Shown here: positions 10,005 to 18,142 of the stretch, piece by piece
How the letters are laid out: every line of letters begins with the position of its first letter
Position numbering within the stretch: position 1 is the stretch's first letter
Notes under the pieces: model-generated
The model's input: the letters and a program-made list of their open reading frames with translations, nothing else
Told to the model about the DNA's origin: nothing
The model's database searches: none
NCBI GenBank assembly: GCA_043732305.1
Contig: JAYTHU010000025.1
Coordinates: 1 to 43,951, forward strand
Reading direction: 5' to 3'
Source of the DNA: Oligoflexia bacterium
GTDB lineage: Bacteria > Bdellovibrionota > Bdellovibrionia > JABDDW01
DNA: 43,951 bases
Made by a program: the position numbers and the translations under genes

Positions 10005-11178
10005 GGGCGAGAGGATAATAGTGTTTGAGGATTTCGCTAGAGAAATCGCCGTTAAGAGCCATAGATCTTGCTCCCCACTGGCAAAGCCCACTTCCGTGCC
10101 CCATCCCGCGGCCTTCAAACTTCACAGAATTCTCATCTTGAGTCATGACAAACAACGTGCTCTTGATCTTATCAAAACCAATCGCCTTCCGTAAATCCTG
10201 CCCTTGAATTTCCACGCTCGTCATTTTGCCAGCACTACTTTTTCTCATCACTTGAATTTTTACAACCCTACCTGAAGCCGACTTTGTTAAAATTTTCAGC
10301 GAATCAATGTGAAATAGCCTCAGTAAATCCAGTTTGGAAACAGTGTAACTCCAGACGTGAGTTTTACGGAGACTACAAAAATTATCTCGCACGATACTCA
10401 TCTTCACGGCGCCGATTCCCCAAACATTTTGCGGCTCCTCGGTCATGCCGCCACAATCAGAATGATAGTAGGCTTTAAGAAATTTACCGTCTTGCACCAA
10501 AACCTCGCCACGCGTATCAGAGACCGCATCTTTGATCACTTGCGGAACTGAATTGGGTAGATAAACTTGATCCATGATATTTCCACGCAATTGAAAAGCT
10601 TGATTCGGTCGGCTCTCCAGTTGCGCCAAAGCGTAGGATCTTGCCGCAACGGCTTGTGCTTTCATGGCTTCTTTCGGCCAGCCTACCGGCATTTCTCCGA
10701 GCATAACGCCTTCAAGATATTTTTCGAGATCGAGAGATAATATCGCATCTGCCTCCCGAGAAGAGGAGGCCAAAAGATAAACGGGAGATGGCCAAGATTG
10801 ACCGGAAATTTTGACAGAGCCTTTGCCGCTCACAAGTCTGATAAGTTTTTGGTCGAAAGAAATGGGCTCGGCTGCGGAAGCTGTAGAGAGACCCAATTCA
10901 AAGAGTGGTCCTCTGATTTTTTTCACGTTGGCGATCCAAAAATCTCGTCCAAACGAAAGCTTCACACTTTTGTCAGATCCCACAGGGAGTTTTCTAAATC
11001 CGTTAGTCGTCCAACCCTCAACACTCAAATCATCTTCACCGGAAATTTTGATTGGAAGGACAACGCTGGAAACCATAACCCTGACTTTAGTCGAGGCAGG
11101 AATATGAAGTTCTGCGGAAACGTTAGGTGACGTGAAAATAAGGGAGGCGAAAGCAAATAAAACCCAGGTTCCTGCCAT
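9982..11178 (-). CDS. SpoIID/LytB-domain peptidoglycan hydrolase-like protein, exported
   Basis: LEKYLEGV..GEMP..WP.EAMKAQAVAARSYA, DQVY, YHSDCGG.TE and GRG.GHG.GLCQWGA; N-terminal signal-like segment. Confidence 0.9.
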   Translation of the reverse strand: MAGTWVLFAFASLIFTSPNVSAELHIPASTKVRVMVSSVVLPIKISGEDDLSVEGWTTNGFRKLPVGSDKSVKLSFGRDFWIANVKKIRGPLFELGLSTASAAEPISFDQKLIRLVSGKGSVKISGQSWPSPVYLLASSSREADAILSLDLEKYLEGVMLGEMPVGWPKEAMKAQAVAARSYALAQLESRPNQAFQLRGNIMDQVYLPNSVPQVIKDAVSDTRGEVLVQDGKFLKAYYHSDCGGMTEEPQNVWGIGAVKMSIVRDNFCSLRKTHVWSYTVSKLDLLRLFHIDSLKILTKSASGRVVKIQVMRKSSAGKMTSVEIQGQDLRKAIGFDKIKSTLFVMTQDENSVKFEGRGMGHGSGLCQWGARSMALNGDFSSEILKHYYPLAHVENLKP

Positions 11179-11196
11179 GGGTTATTATTCAATACT

Positions 11197-11535
11197 TCAA
11201 GTTTTAGCGATAGGTTTAATTCTCAATTTTTTGTAGAGCGCGAGAATCTTGCGGGATGTTTTCTTATGTCCATTCAGTTGATATTTGCCGGAGATGAGTG
11301 AAGCGTCTTTCAATCGAAACATATCGTTGTAGAGTTTTTCTTTTTGTCCGGTGCCTAGTTCGCGGTCCATTTGGCGAGCAGACAGAGTGCTCACTTTTAA
11401 CGTTCCAGAATCCCCCACTTGGATCATCGCGCCGAGCGAAGGTCTTTCATTTGTGATTGCACTGGCTCGGGCTAGTCCACTGATTCCCATGACTATGGCT
11501 ATTACTAAACTGATGACAAGTATCATTTCTCTCAT
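11197..11535 (-). CDS. Small exported hypothetical protein
   Basis: SD GGAGG (11548-11544) before the ATG at 11535; hydrophobic N-terminus ending in ARA. Confidence 0.65.
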   Translation of the reverse strand: MREMILVISLVIAIVMGISGLARASAITNERPSLGAMIQVGDSGTLKVSTLSARQMDRELGTGQKEKLYNDMFRLKDASLISGKYQLNGHKKTSRKILALYKKLRIKPIAKT

Positions 11536-11548
11536 AATTTCATCCTCC

Positions 11549-11596
11549 AAAAAGAACTTGCCAGCACTAACCGTTAGCCGGTCAGGCTGGCAAATT
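11549..11596 (-). terminator. Long hairpin with U-tract (probable intrinsic terminator or attenuator)
   Basis: Minus strand AATTTGCCAGC-CTGACCG-GCTAA-CGGTTAG-T-GCTGGCAAGTT, followed by CTTTTT. Confidence 0.6.
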
Positions 11597-11670
11597 TTGT
11601 GTCTTCATTTTCTAACTGCGCACGTTCCGGAGTATGTGTGTTGCGCTTACTTTGTTATTTTAAGTTTTGC

Positions 11671-12246
11671 TTACCAGGTAAATGTTGCACCGATTTGCAA
11701 ACCAGCTTGCTGAGCGTAGTTAGGGTACTGGTTATAGTAATTATAAGGAGCTGTGTAATTTAAAGATGAACCTGCTCCGAAAGTGTTAGGCATGATCACT
11801 CCAGTTGCTCCGATGTAGAATCCAGGTTGTTGAGAACCTAAACATCCGGGCTGACCAACAGGAACCACTTGGCCATTACCGTTAGTACAACTGTTTCCAT
11901 TCCAACCATTTGATCCAGTGTTAGTTCCGCAATAACTTACAGGACCCTGAATACCGTTTGATAAATAAACGCACTGCCCATTAAGCCATCCGTATCCAGC
12001 AACGGCACCAGTGGTGTTTCCATTGGGTGTAGAAGCGGGATAACATTGGTTGTTGACGAGTCCGCCTGAACAACCTGCTGTCACAACACCGCAGGCATTT
12101 GCCGAAGTGTAAACTTGACCAGCGGCACAAGTGCCCACTGCTGCTGTTTGCCCGCTATTATTTCCACCGCCACCACAGCTTGTGAGCAATAAGCCCATTC
12201 CGGCTGCGATGAACAATCCTGCAAAAGTTTGATATAAATATCTCAT
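11671..12246 (-). CDS. Gly/Asn/Cys-rich lipoprotein
   Basis: SD GGAGAGG before the ATG at 12246; lipobox LLTS-C followed by GGGG; several Cys residues. Confidence 0.8.
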   Translation of the reverse strand: MRYLYQTFAGLFIAAGMGLLLTSCGGGGNNSGQTAAVGTCAAGQVYTSANACGVVTAGCSGGLVNNQCYPASTPNGNTTGAVAGYGWLNGQCVYLSNGIQGPVSYCGTNTGSNGWNGNSCTNGNGQVVPVGQPGCLGSQQPGFYIGATGVIMPNTFGAGSSLNYTAPYNYYNQYPNYAQQAGLQIGATFTW

Positions 12247-12382
12247 TTTCGACCTCTCCAAAAAAATGAATACACAAGTTACAGACCTTACCTATTCACA
12301 GACCATACCGACCTTAGGATGAAGCTAATGGCTTATGAACATACAAATCTAACAATTTTGTGCTTTTTAGTGCCCTAAAAGG

Positions 12383-12838
12383 TCACTCGCGGGACAAGTT
12401 AAGGAGCTGCATGGCAAGCTTCAGATCGTCCCAAACGACTTTCTTGGCTGCAGGGTTTTTTAACAAATAGGCAGGATGGTGAGTGATAAGGAGCTTACCA
12501 CCTTCGAAATCGATAATTTTACCACGATCTGCTTCACTTCCAAGAGAGGTCTCGCCTAAAGCAATCAGAAGCTCAGGCTTTGGACCATCGAGTTTATCAG
12601 TGATTGCCACATCGAATGGCTTTAGACCCATAGCGACGATCATTTTTAGGAGCAGAGCTCGCTCAGGATTATTTTCCCCGTCTAAACCTATACCCACAAA
12701 TACCACTCGCTTGGCGGGAGTTTTCTGCGCCACTTCTTTTTTAAAAAGAGCTTTTTCCGCAGCCGGAGTTCGACTTCTATCTCTAGAAACATACTTCATA
12801 CCCAACACGTCTTTGAGATAGGCAAAATTTTCCTTCAC
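12383..12838 (-). CDS. Uracil-DNA-glycosylase (family 4) fold protein, catalytically degenerate; possibly psi/HolD-like
   Basis: C-terminal KPELLIALG and ITHHPAYLLKNPAAKKVVWDDLK match family-4 UDG. GEAPG is replaced by GIGLD and there are no Cys. The GTG start at 12838 is inferred from promoter geometry. Confidence 0.75.
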   Translation of the reverse strand: MKENFAYLKDVLGMKYVSRDRSRTPAAEKALFKKEVAQKTPAKRVVFVGIGLDGENNPERALLLKMIVAMGLKPFDVAITDKLDGPKPELLIALGETSLGSEADRGKIIDFEGGKLLITHHPAYLLKNPAAKKVVWDDLKLAMQLLNLSRE

Positions 12839-12844
12839 TCTAAA

Positions 12845-12874
12845 AACATAATTTTTTTTTGCGAATGCTGTCAA
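12845..12874 (-). promoter_or_regulatory. sigma70-type promoter giving a leaderless transcript
   Basis: TTGACA (12874-12869), 18 nt, TATGTT (12850-12845), 6 nt, in-frame GTG at 12838. Confidence 0.6.
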
Positions 12875-12950
12875 GTTTTCTCGAGATTAATCCGCATATA
12901 GAGATGTCAACGGAATGACAAAAACAGCAACTCGTCAGGAGGACGAAAAA

Positions 12951-13148
12951 ATGGAATCATTAAAATCAGTCAGCATCCCTCAACTCACAATCAAAGACTA
13001 CATCGACAACCAAGAAAAATGTTTCTTGTGTGGTGGCAAACTGGTCTACACACATCAAACCGACTTCTACAACCTATCAGTCAAAGAAGATTGCAAATGC
13101 CCTCAGTGCGGGATAACTAACAATCCTTCTCATTTCACGCTAAACTAA
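12951..13148 (+). CDS. Small Zn-ribbon protein (CxxC...CxxC)
   Basis: CFLCGG...CPQCG; SD AGGAGG before the ATG at 12951. Confidence 0.75.
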   Translation: MESLKSVSIPQLTIKDYIDNQEKCFLCGGKLVYTHQTDFYNLSVKEDCKCPQCGITNNPSHFTLN

Positions 13149-13169
13149 ATTTCTCTTGAAGTAATAGGG

Positions 13170-13230
13170 AATCCAGCCACGCCAACTCTCCACGCACATG
13201 GTGGATCTTAAACTCGTAGGCTGGATTTTT
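13170..13230 (+). terminator. Terminator-like stem with a nested inner hairpin
   Basis: AATCCAGCC-ACG pairs with CGT-A-GGCTGGATT, which runs into a T-tract. The inner TCCAC/GTGGA forms a second stem. Confidence 0.5.
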
Positions 13231-13570
13231 AATTTCGTAATGCGCGACTGCTAAGTTAATGTAGGTCTCAATTTCTATTTTCCCCAGATTTTGAAATTTT
13301 AATATGTTTCAGTTTCTCTTTTCGCAATTCTGCTTCTGGAAGCCCAAACACAATTGACTTTTTTTGATAAGCATTTGAACTGCAGCGAAGATCGATGATC
13401 TAGAAAATTTCAGTCATAAATCATCTCGCTGCGCCTTCGCTTCCGAATAATCCAAACTAATTTTGTCTGAAAGCGGAAATTTGGATCGAAAAATAAAATT
13501 CAAATAGTAAAAATTCTCGGCGAAAAATGAAAAGAAATTAAATTGAGTAAGGTTAAATTGCAAAAGTTAC

Positions 13571-13587
13571 TTGGCCCCCGTATTGCA
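13571..13587 (+). promoter_or_regulatory. sigma54 (-24/-12) promoter for the S41 protease
   Basis: TTGGC-CCCCGTA-TTGCA has the exact TGGC-N7-TTGC spacing. It sits about 110 nt upstream of the start codon, inside a long AT-rich intergenic region. Confidence 0.6.
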
Positions 13588-13695
13588 ATTACACACCTCA
13601 AGGGAAGCTCATATCGCAGATAGACAGCAAGGGGTTGTAATGTTTTCTGTTGATAATAAGCGTTAAATAAAAAATTAACACGATAGGGGGGAAAA

Positions 13696-15642
13696 GTGAA
13701 ATCATCTTTCATTTCACTGTTGGGGGCTATTTTATTAGGGGTTTTATTCGCACTTACCACACTCACAGGCTGTGAACCTGTTCCGGGGAAAACACTTTCC
13801 GGTGATCAAAAAATAGAAGACATGAAGTGGCTTTTTTCTCGCTTTGAAGAGTACTACGCACCAAGAGATTACAAAGCGGATCGTTACAAATTCGACTATG
13901 AAAAATTAAAAACCCAGTATCTCGCTGAAGCGCAAGTGACAACTTCGAACGAAGAATTTTACGCTGTCATGCAAAAGTTTGTGGCGGAATTCAGAGATGC
14001 GCACACCTCATTGTCCTTCACACCATCGCCACTCCCCGACCGCGCTCACATTGCTCTTCTTGGGATAACGGGCAAACGTTACGGCGATGATTTTGTTGTC
14101 ACGGAAATCCTACCAACTATAAATCCGAATCAATATCCGCTTAAAGCAGGCGACAGAATCACCCATATCAATGGAACTCCTGTTTTGAAATACATCGACA
14201 AAGAATTGATGCCCTATCGCAACGTCGGAAATGCGGAATCAAATCACTCGATGCTAATGGGCGCACTCTTTACACGTATCTCTCTCAACTTTCCAATGCC
14301 CAAAGATAAGAACATTGAGCTGACTTACGTTCCAGCAATCAGCGCAAAATACGCGCCCGGCTCGCTGAAAATTTCTATGCCTTGGATCATCAAAGATTTG
14401 CGAGACTTCAAACTAGAAATCGGCATGGCCAAAGCACAGATAAGTAAGAAGAATAAAAACTCGGCATTTTGGATGCCCATTGACGATGCCAATTCAGGCA
14501 AGTCATTTGATATAGCATTGTTAGATCAAAATGGTGAGGCTCTCACTGCCGCTGATTTCGATTTAATTTTTAATGGTTCAAAAGACTTTTATAATAACTA
14601 TCGCTTCATCTCAATAGAAGGATGGACCACGAATAAAGATAAAATTAAAAAATCGGAAAAGAAATCGCCTTTTGAAAAACTTCAAGACACTCGTTGGATT
14701 GCTGGAAATGCTTTGCCAATTTCAGAAGCAAAGTTCTTCCCCGCATATGTTTCTTCAGAAGATGTGATTGATCCCGAAACCAAACAATCCACCGGTGTTA
14801 AAAAACTTGTGGGCTACGTTCGAATCGACTCATTCGAATATCCTGAAGAGAGTGTTGCGGACTTGAAAAACACACTTCTTAGATTTCAGTCTTTGGGAGT
14901 GAAGGATGTGGTTGTTGATACATTGGGAAATCCCGGAGGATCACTAACGCTAATGATGAAAATCTCCCAAGCGTTTTGGAATAAAAAATTAGTCATGCCT
15001 AAACAACAGTTTGGGCTCAATCAATGGTGGCTCGACAGTATTCAAACAACATCAATTGAAAGCACTGGCGCGCAAAAAGAATTATTTCAAAGATTATATG
15101 CAGATCTTCTTCAACAATCTAAGAATGGTCTAAGACTTTCTCGAAATTACTCGCTGGAAGAAATCATTCCCTACGAAGTGAATCCAAACTACGCGTTGAA
15201 AGAAAATTTTAATCTTAAGATTTTGGTTAACGAGATGAATGCTTCTTGCGGAGATATTTTCCCACTAGTGATGCAACAAAACAAAGCCGCTCTCATTGTA
15301 GGCGAAAAAACAATGGGTGCTGGCGGGAACGTCGCAAGCTTCATGCAAGCTCCAAACTCTCGCGCGGATCTGAGACAAACTCTTTCATTGATTGTGAAAG
15401 ACAATGGAAGCTACCTTGAGAACAATGGCGTAGTTCCAGATATCAAAATCAATCCAAACGCTTTGATTGCGAGAGGATATGCAGTCAATGACCGGTCCTC
15501 TATCGTAGTAGAGGCAGCAATGCGATTGAGCTCGTATGATTTCTCAAAATTAACTGAAGCAGGTAAAACTTCCACGCCCACACCCACACCCACGCCAGTT
15601 AAGGCTTGTGCGAGTTTGATTGAAACGATCACATTGCGCTGA
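13696..15642 (+). CDS. S41-family (CPAF-like) protease lipoprotein with PDZ-like domain
   Basis: Lipobox LTG-C; FRDAHT, LKAGDRITHING, NPGGS, NASCGDIFP, GEKTMGAGG and ENNGVVPD; Pro-Thr linker near the C-terminus. Confidence 0.88.
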   Translation: MKSSFISLLGAILLGVLFALTTLTGCEPVPGKTLSGDQKIEDMKWLFSRFEEYYAPRDYKADRYKFDYEKLKTQYLAEAQVTTSNEEFYAVMQKFVAEFRDAHTSLSFTPSPLPDRAHIALLGITGKRYGDDFVVTEILPTINPNQYPLKAGDRITHINGTPVLKYIDKELMPYRNVGNAESNHSMLMGALFTRISLNFPMPKDKNIELTYVPAISAKYAPGSLKISMPWIIKDLRDFKLEIGMAKAQISKKNKNSAFWMPIDDANSGKSFDIALLDQNGEALTAADFDLIFNGSKDFYNNYRFISIEGWTTNKDKIKKSEKKSPFEKLQDTRWIAGNALPISEAKFFPAYVSSEDVIDPETKQSTGVKKLVGYVRIDSFEYPEESVADLKNTLLRFQSLGVKDVVVDTLGNPGGSLTLMMKISQAFWNKKLVMPKQQFGLNQWWLDSIQTTSIESTGAQKELFQRLYADLLQQSKNGLRLSRNYSLEEIIPYEVNPNYALKENFNLKILVNEMNASCGDIFPLVMQQNKAALIVGEKTMGAGGNVASFMQAPNSRADLRQTLSLIVKDNGSYLENNGVVPDIKINPNALIARGYAVNDRSSIVVEAAMRLSSYDFSKLTEAGKTSTPTPTPTPVKACASLIETITLR

Positions 15643-15708
15643 TTTAGAAGTTGATTCTGCGCAGCATGAGGTGTATTTGAGAGCCAGAGAAAGATTTTAG
15701 GAGGAATT

Positions 15709-16254
15709 ATGAAGTTTGTTTTTTCAATCATGTCTTTGGCTTTTTTATTTAGCTTAGGTTTGAATTTCGGAGCACCCACATTTTCACATGCGCAACAACG
15801 ACAGCAGATGCCGCAGCAGCATCCCGGCGGACCTCAAGGCGGGTACGGTCAACCCGCTTATCCCGGTGGATACGGTCGCCCCATTTATGGTGGCGGTTAC
15901 GGAAACAATTACTACCGACACTATTATCCAGGACGTGTCTATTATTACGTTGGGCCTGTAAGGCCTTACCCCCCTTATTATTATGGAAACGGCTACGTCA
16001 ACGGCTATCCATATGTTGGTGGGCAGATTTACTACAGCAACCCTTGCGGAGCTTTGGCACTAGCCTATTACGGATGCACTATCGGAGGAGCGGAAACGAT
16101 AACGTACGTGAACTCCTGCAACCAAACGATGACAAATTTTACTGGTGGTGTATGTGGAGTCCCTCAGATGGTCCCTCAGCAGCGGATGCAGGTAAAGCCT
16201 CAGCCCGAGCCACCAATTGAGCAGCAGGAAGTGCCTGCACCTCACGGCTCTTGA
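15709..16254 (+). CDS. Exported Gly/Tyr/Pro/Gln-rich low-complexity protein
   Basis: SD AGGAGG, signal peptide ending in SHA, and four Cys in the C-terminal half. Confidence 0.75.
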   Translation: MKFVFSIMSLAFLFSLGLNFGAPTFSHAQQRQQMPQQHPGGPQGGYGQPAYPGGYGRPIYGGGYGNNYYRHYYPGRVYYYVGPVRPYPPYYYGNGYVNGYPYVGGQIYYSNPCGALALAYYGCTIGGAETITYVNSCNQTMTNFTGGVCGVPQMVPQQRMQVKPQPEPPIEQQEVPAPHGS

Positions 16255-18134
16255 TTTGCGATTTCGTTGAGGTGGAGTAAGATTCGCTCCGCCAAAACGA
16301 GATTGAATCCCGGAAGCTCTGCAATCTCACCGCTTGAAGCGAGTCGCAATTGATCGACACTTTCAAAACGTTTGAGCAGAGCTTTTTTTCTTTTTTCACC
16401 AAGACCAGTCACGGCATCAAGCTCACTCTCTAGTCCACGATTTTCGCGAAGCTTGCGGTGATAAGTAATCGCAAACCGATGTGCTTCGTCTCTTATACCT
16501 ACCAAAATATGCAATGCTTCAGATCCACGCGGGAAAATCACGGGATTTTGTCGACCAGGAATAAAGATTCGCTCTTCCGTTTGTTTAACTTCTGAATCTG
16601 AAAACTCACCTTTCACGCGAGCTTTCGCCAGTCCCACAACAGGAATTTCCATTCGATTGAGTTCCCGCAAAACTTCAACGGCCATACTGAGTTGACCTTT
16701 TCCACCATCGACCACAATCAAATCTGGATTGTCCATGTCTGTGTGAGCCATTCGACGTGTCAGCACTTCTTTCATCGAAGCGAAATCGTTTGAACCTTCA
16801 ACGGTCCTAATTTTATATCGCCGATAATTATCTTTGGATGGAACACCACCCTCAAAAACAACTTGGCTGGCCACACTTTCAGCGCCTTGAAAATTCGAAA
16901 TATCGTAACACTCAATCCGCATAGGAATATTTTTGAGACCAAGTTTATCTTGAATACTTTTGAGCCCAGCCAATTTTTTATCAGTTTTGGTGACATGATT
17001 TTTGAAATGCTCCGAAGCGTTTTTATTAGCAAGCTGTAAAAGTTTTTGACCATCACCAGTTCCTAAGTAATGTACTTTTACTTTTTTAGCTCCCCGCTCT
17101 TCCAAAACTTTTTTTAGCAAATCATTGATGTCTCGCTGCAAATCTAGCGGCAAAATAAGTTCATCAGGAACCATATTCTCTTCGTAATATTGGTTTACAA
17201 AAGACGCGAGCCACTCTTGAGGATTTTCCTCAGTATCGTTTGGATTAAGCCAACCAATGTAATAGGGTTGGGATCCAAGAAGTTTACCTTGGCGCAAATG
17301 CATCACTTCAATAGTGCAACCACGTTCGTCACCATCAAAACCGATCACGTCGATATCTTTGAGTCCGCGAGCATCCACAACAGATTGTTTTTCTAAAATG
17401 GATTTAAGCGCAGCGATTGAATCTCTCATCCGCCCGGCAGCTTCAAATTGTTCATTAGCGGAAAGCTCTTTCATTTTCTCTTTTAGATTTTTTAAAACCT
17501 GATTATCTCGGCCCTTGAGAAAGAGTAGAGCTTGATCCACATCAAGTTTATATCTTGCTTGATTGACCAGTCCCACACAAGGAGCGGTGCAATGCCCAAT
17601 TTGATGAGTGAGACACGGACGGGCCCGATTTTTAAAAACATTGTCCGCACAATCTCGAATCATGAAAGTGTGATTTAGAAACTTGATCGTTTCCCATACG
17701 GCAAGACCGCTGGTGAATGGGCCAAAATACATTCCCCCGTCTTTCTTGATTCTTCGCACCAGAAACAAGCGTGGAAAAGGATGCTCCGTGCTGATTTTAA
17801 TATAAGGATAGTTTCTGTCGTCCTTGAGACGAATATTGTATTTTGGTCGATGCTTTTTAATAAGCGAAGCTTCCAGTAAGAAAGCTTCGACCTCAGTTTT
17901 GGTCAGGATGTATTCAATCTTGAATACATTGCCCATGAGATATCGATTTTTAGCCGACTGCCCTTGAAGATTAAAGTAACTGCGTACGCGGTTGCGCAAT
18001 GATTTTGCTTTTCCCACGTACATGATCTTGTCCAACTCATTTTTCATGAGATAGACGCCATTCTCCGTAGGAAATTCGGCGACGAGCATTCTGATCTCGT
18101 CCAACTTCTCTAGTTGTTTCTTACCTATGTTCAT
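16242..18134 (-). CDS. uvrC: Excinuclease ABC subunit C
   Basis: GIY-YIG (GVYLM...YVGKAKSLRNRVRSYF), Cys cluster, RIECYDIS, DGGKGQL, RDEAHRFA and a C-terminal HhH. Confidence 0.97.
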   Translation of the reverse strand: MNIGKKQLEKLDEIRMLVAEFPTENGVYLMKNELDKIMYVGKAKSLRNRVRSYFNLQGQSAKNRYLMGNVFKIEYILTKTEVEAFLLEASLIKKHRPKYNIRLKDDRNYPYIKISTEHPFPRLFLVRRIKKDGGMYFGPFTSGLAVWETIKFLNHTFMIRDCADNVFKNRARPCLTHQIGHCTAPCVGLVNQARYKLDVDQALLFLKGRDNQVLKNLKEKMKELSANEQFEAAGRMRDSIAALKSILEKQSVVDARGLKDIDVIGFDGDERGCTIEVMHLRQGKLLGSQPYYIGWLNPNDTEENPQEWLASFVNQYYEENMVPDELILPLDLQRDINDLLKKVLEERGAKKVKVHYLGTGDGQKLLQLANKNASEHFKNHVTKTDKKLAGLKSIQDKLGLKNIPMRIECYDISNFQGAESVASQVVFEGGVPSKDNYRRYKIRTVEGSNDFASMKEVLTRRMAHTDMDNPDLIVVDGGKGQLSMAVEVLRELNRMEIPVVGLAKARVKGEFSDSEVKQTEERIFIPGRQNPVIFPRGSEALHILVGIRDEAHRFAITYHRKLRENRGLESELDAVTGLGEKRKKALLKRFESVDQLRLASSGEIAELPGFNLVLAERILLHLNEIANQEP

Positions 18135-18142
18135 AATTTAAT

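Noticed and set aside
10005..10118. N-terminal extension of queA in the ORF track
   Set aside because: It overlaps the conserved C-terminus of the SpoIID-like gene, and QueA similarity begins at MLKTSSLDF.
12871..12900. Possible sigma28 promoter (TCAAGTTT...TCCGCATA) for the Zn-ribbon gene
   Set aside because: The -10 match and spacing are poor compared with GCCGATAA.
13304..13357. Phe-rich 17-codon ORF (MFQFLFSQFCFWKPKHN) resembling an attenuator leader
   Set aside because: There is no SD and no Phe-related gene downstream; T-rich DNA explains the Phe codons.
15571..15597. Short tandem repeat (ACACCC-like units)
   Set aside because: It encodes the Pro-Thr linker of the S41 protease; it is not a CRISPR or a frameshifting phase-variation tract.
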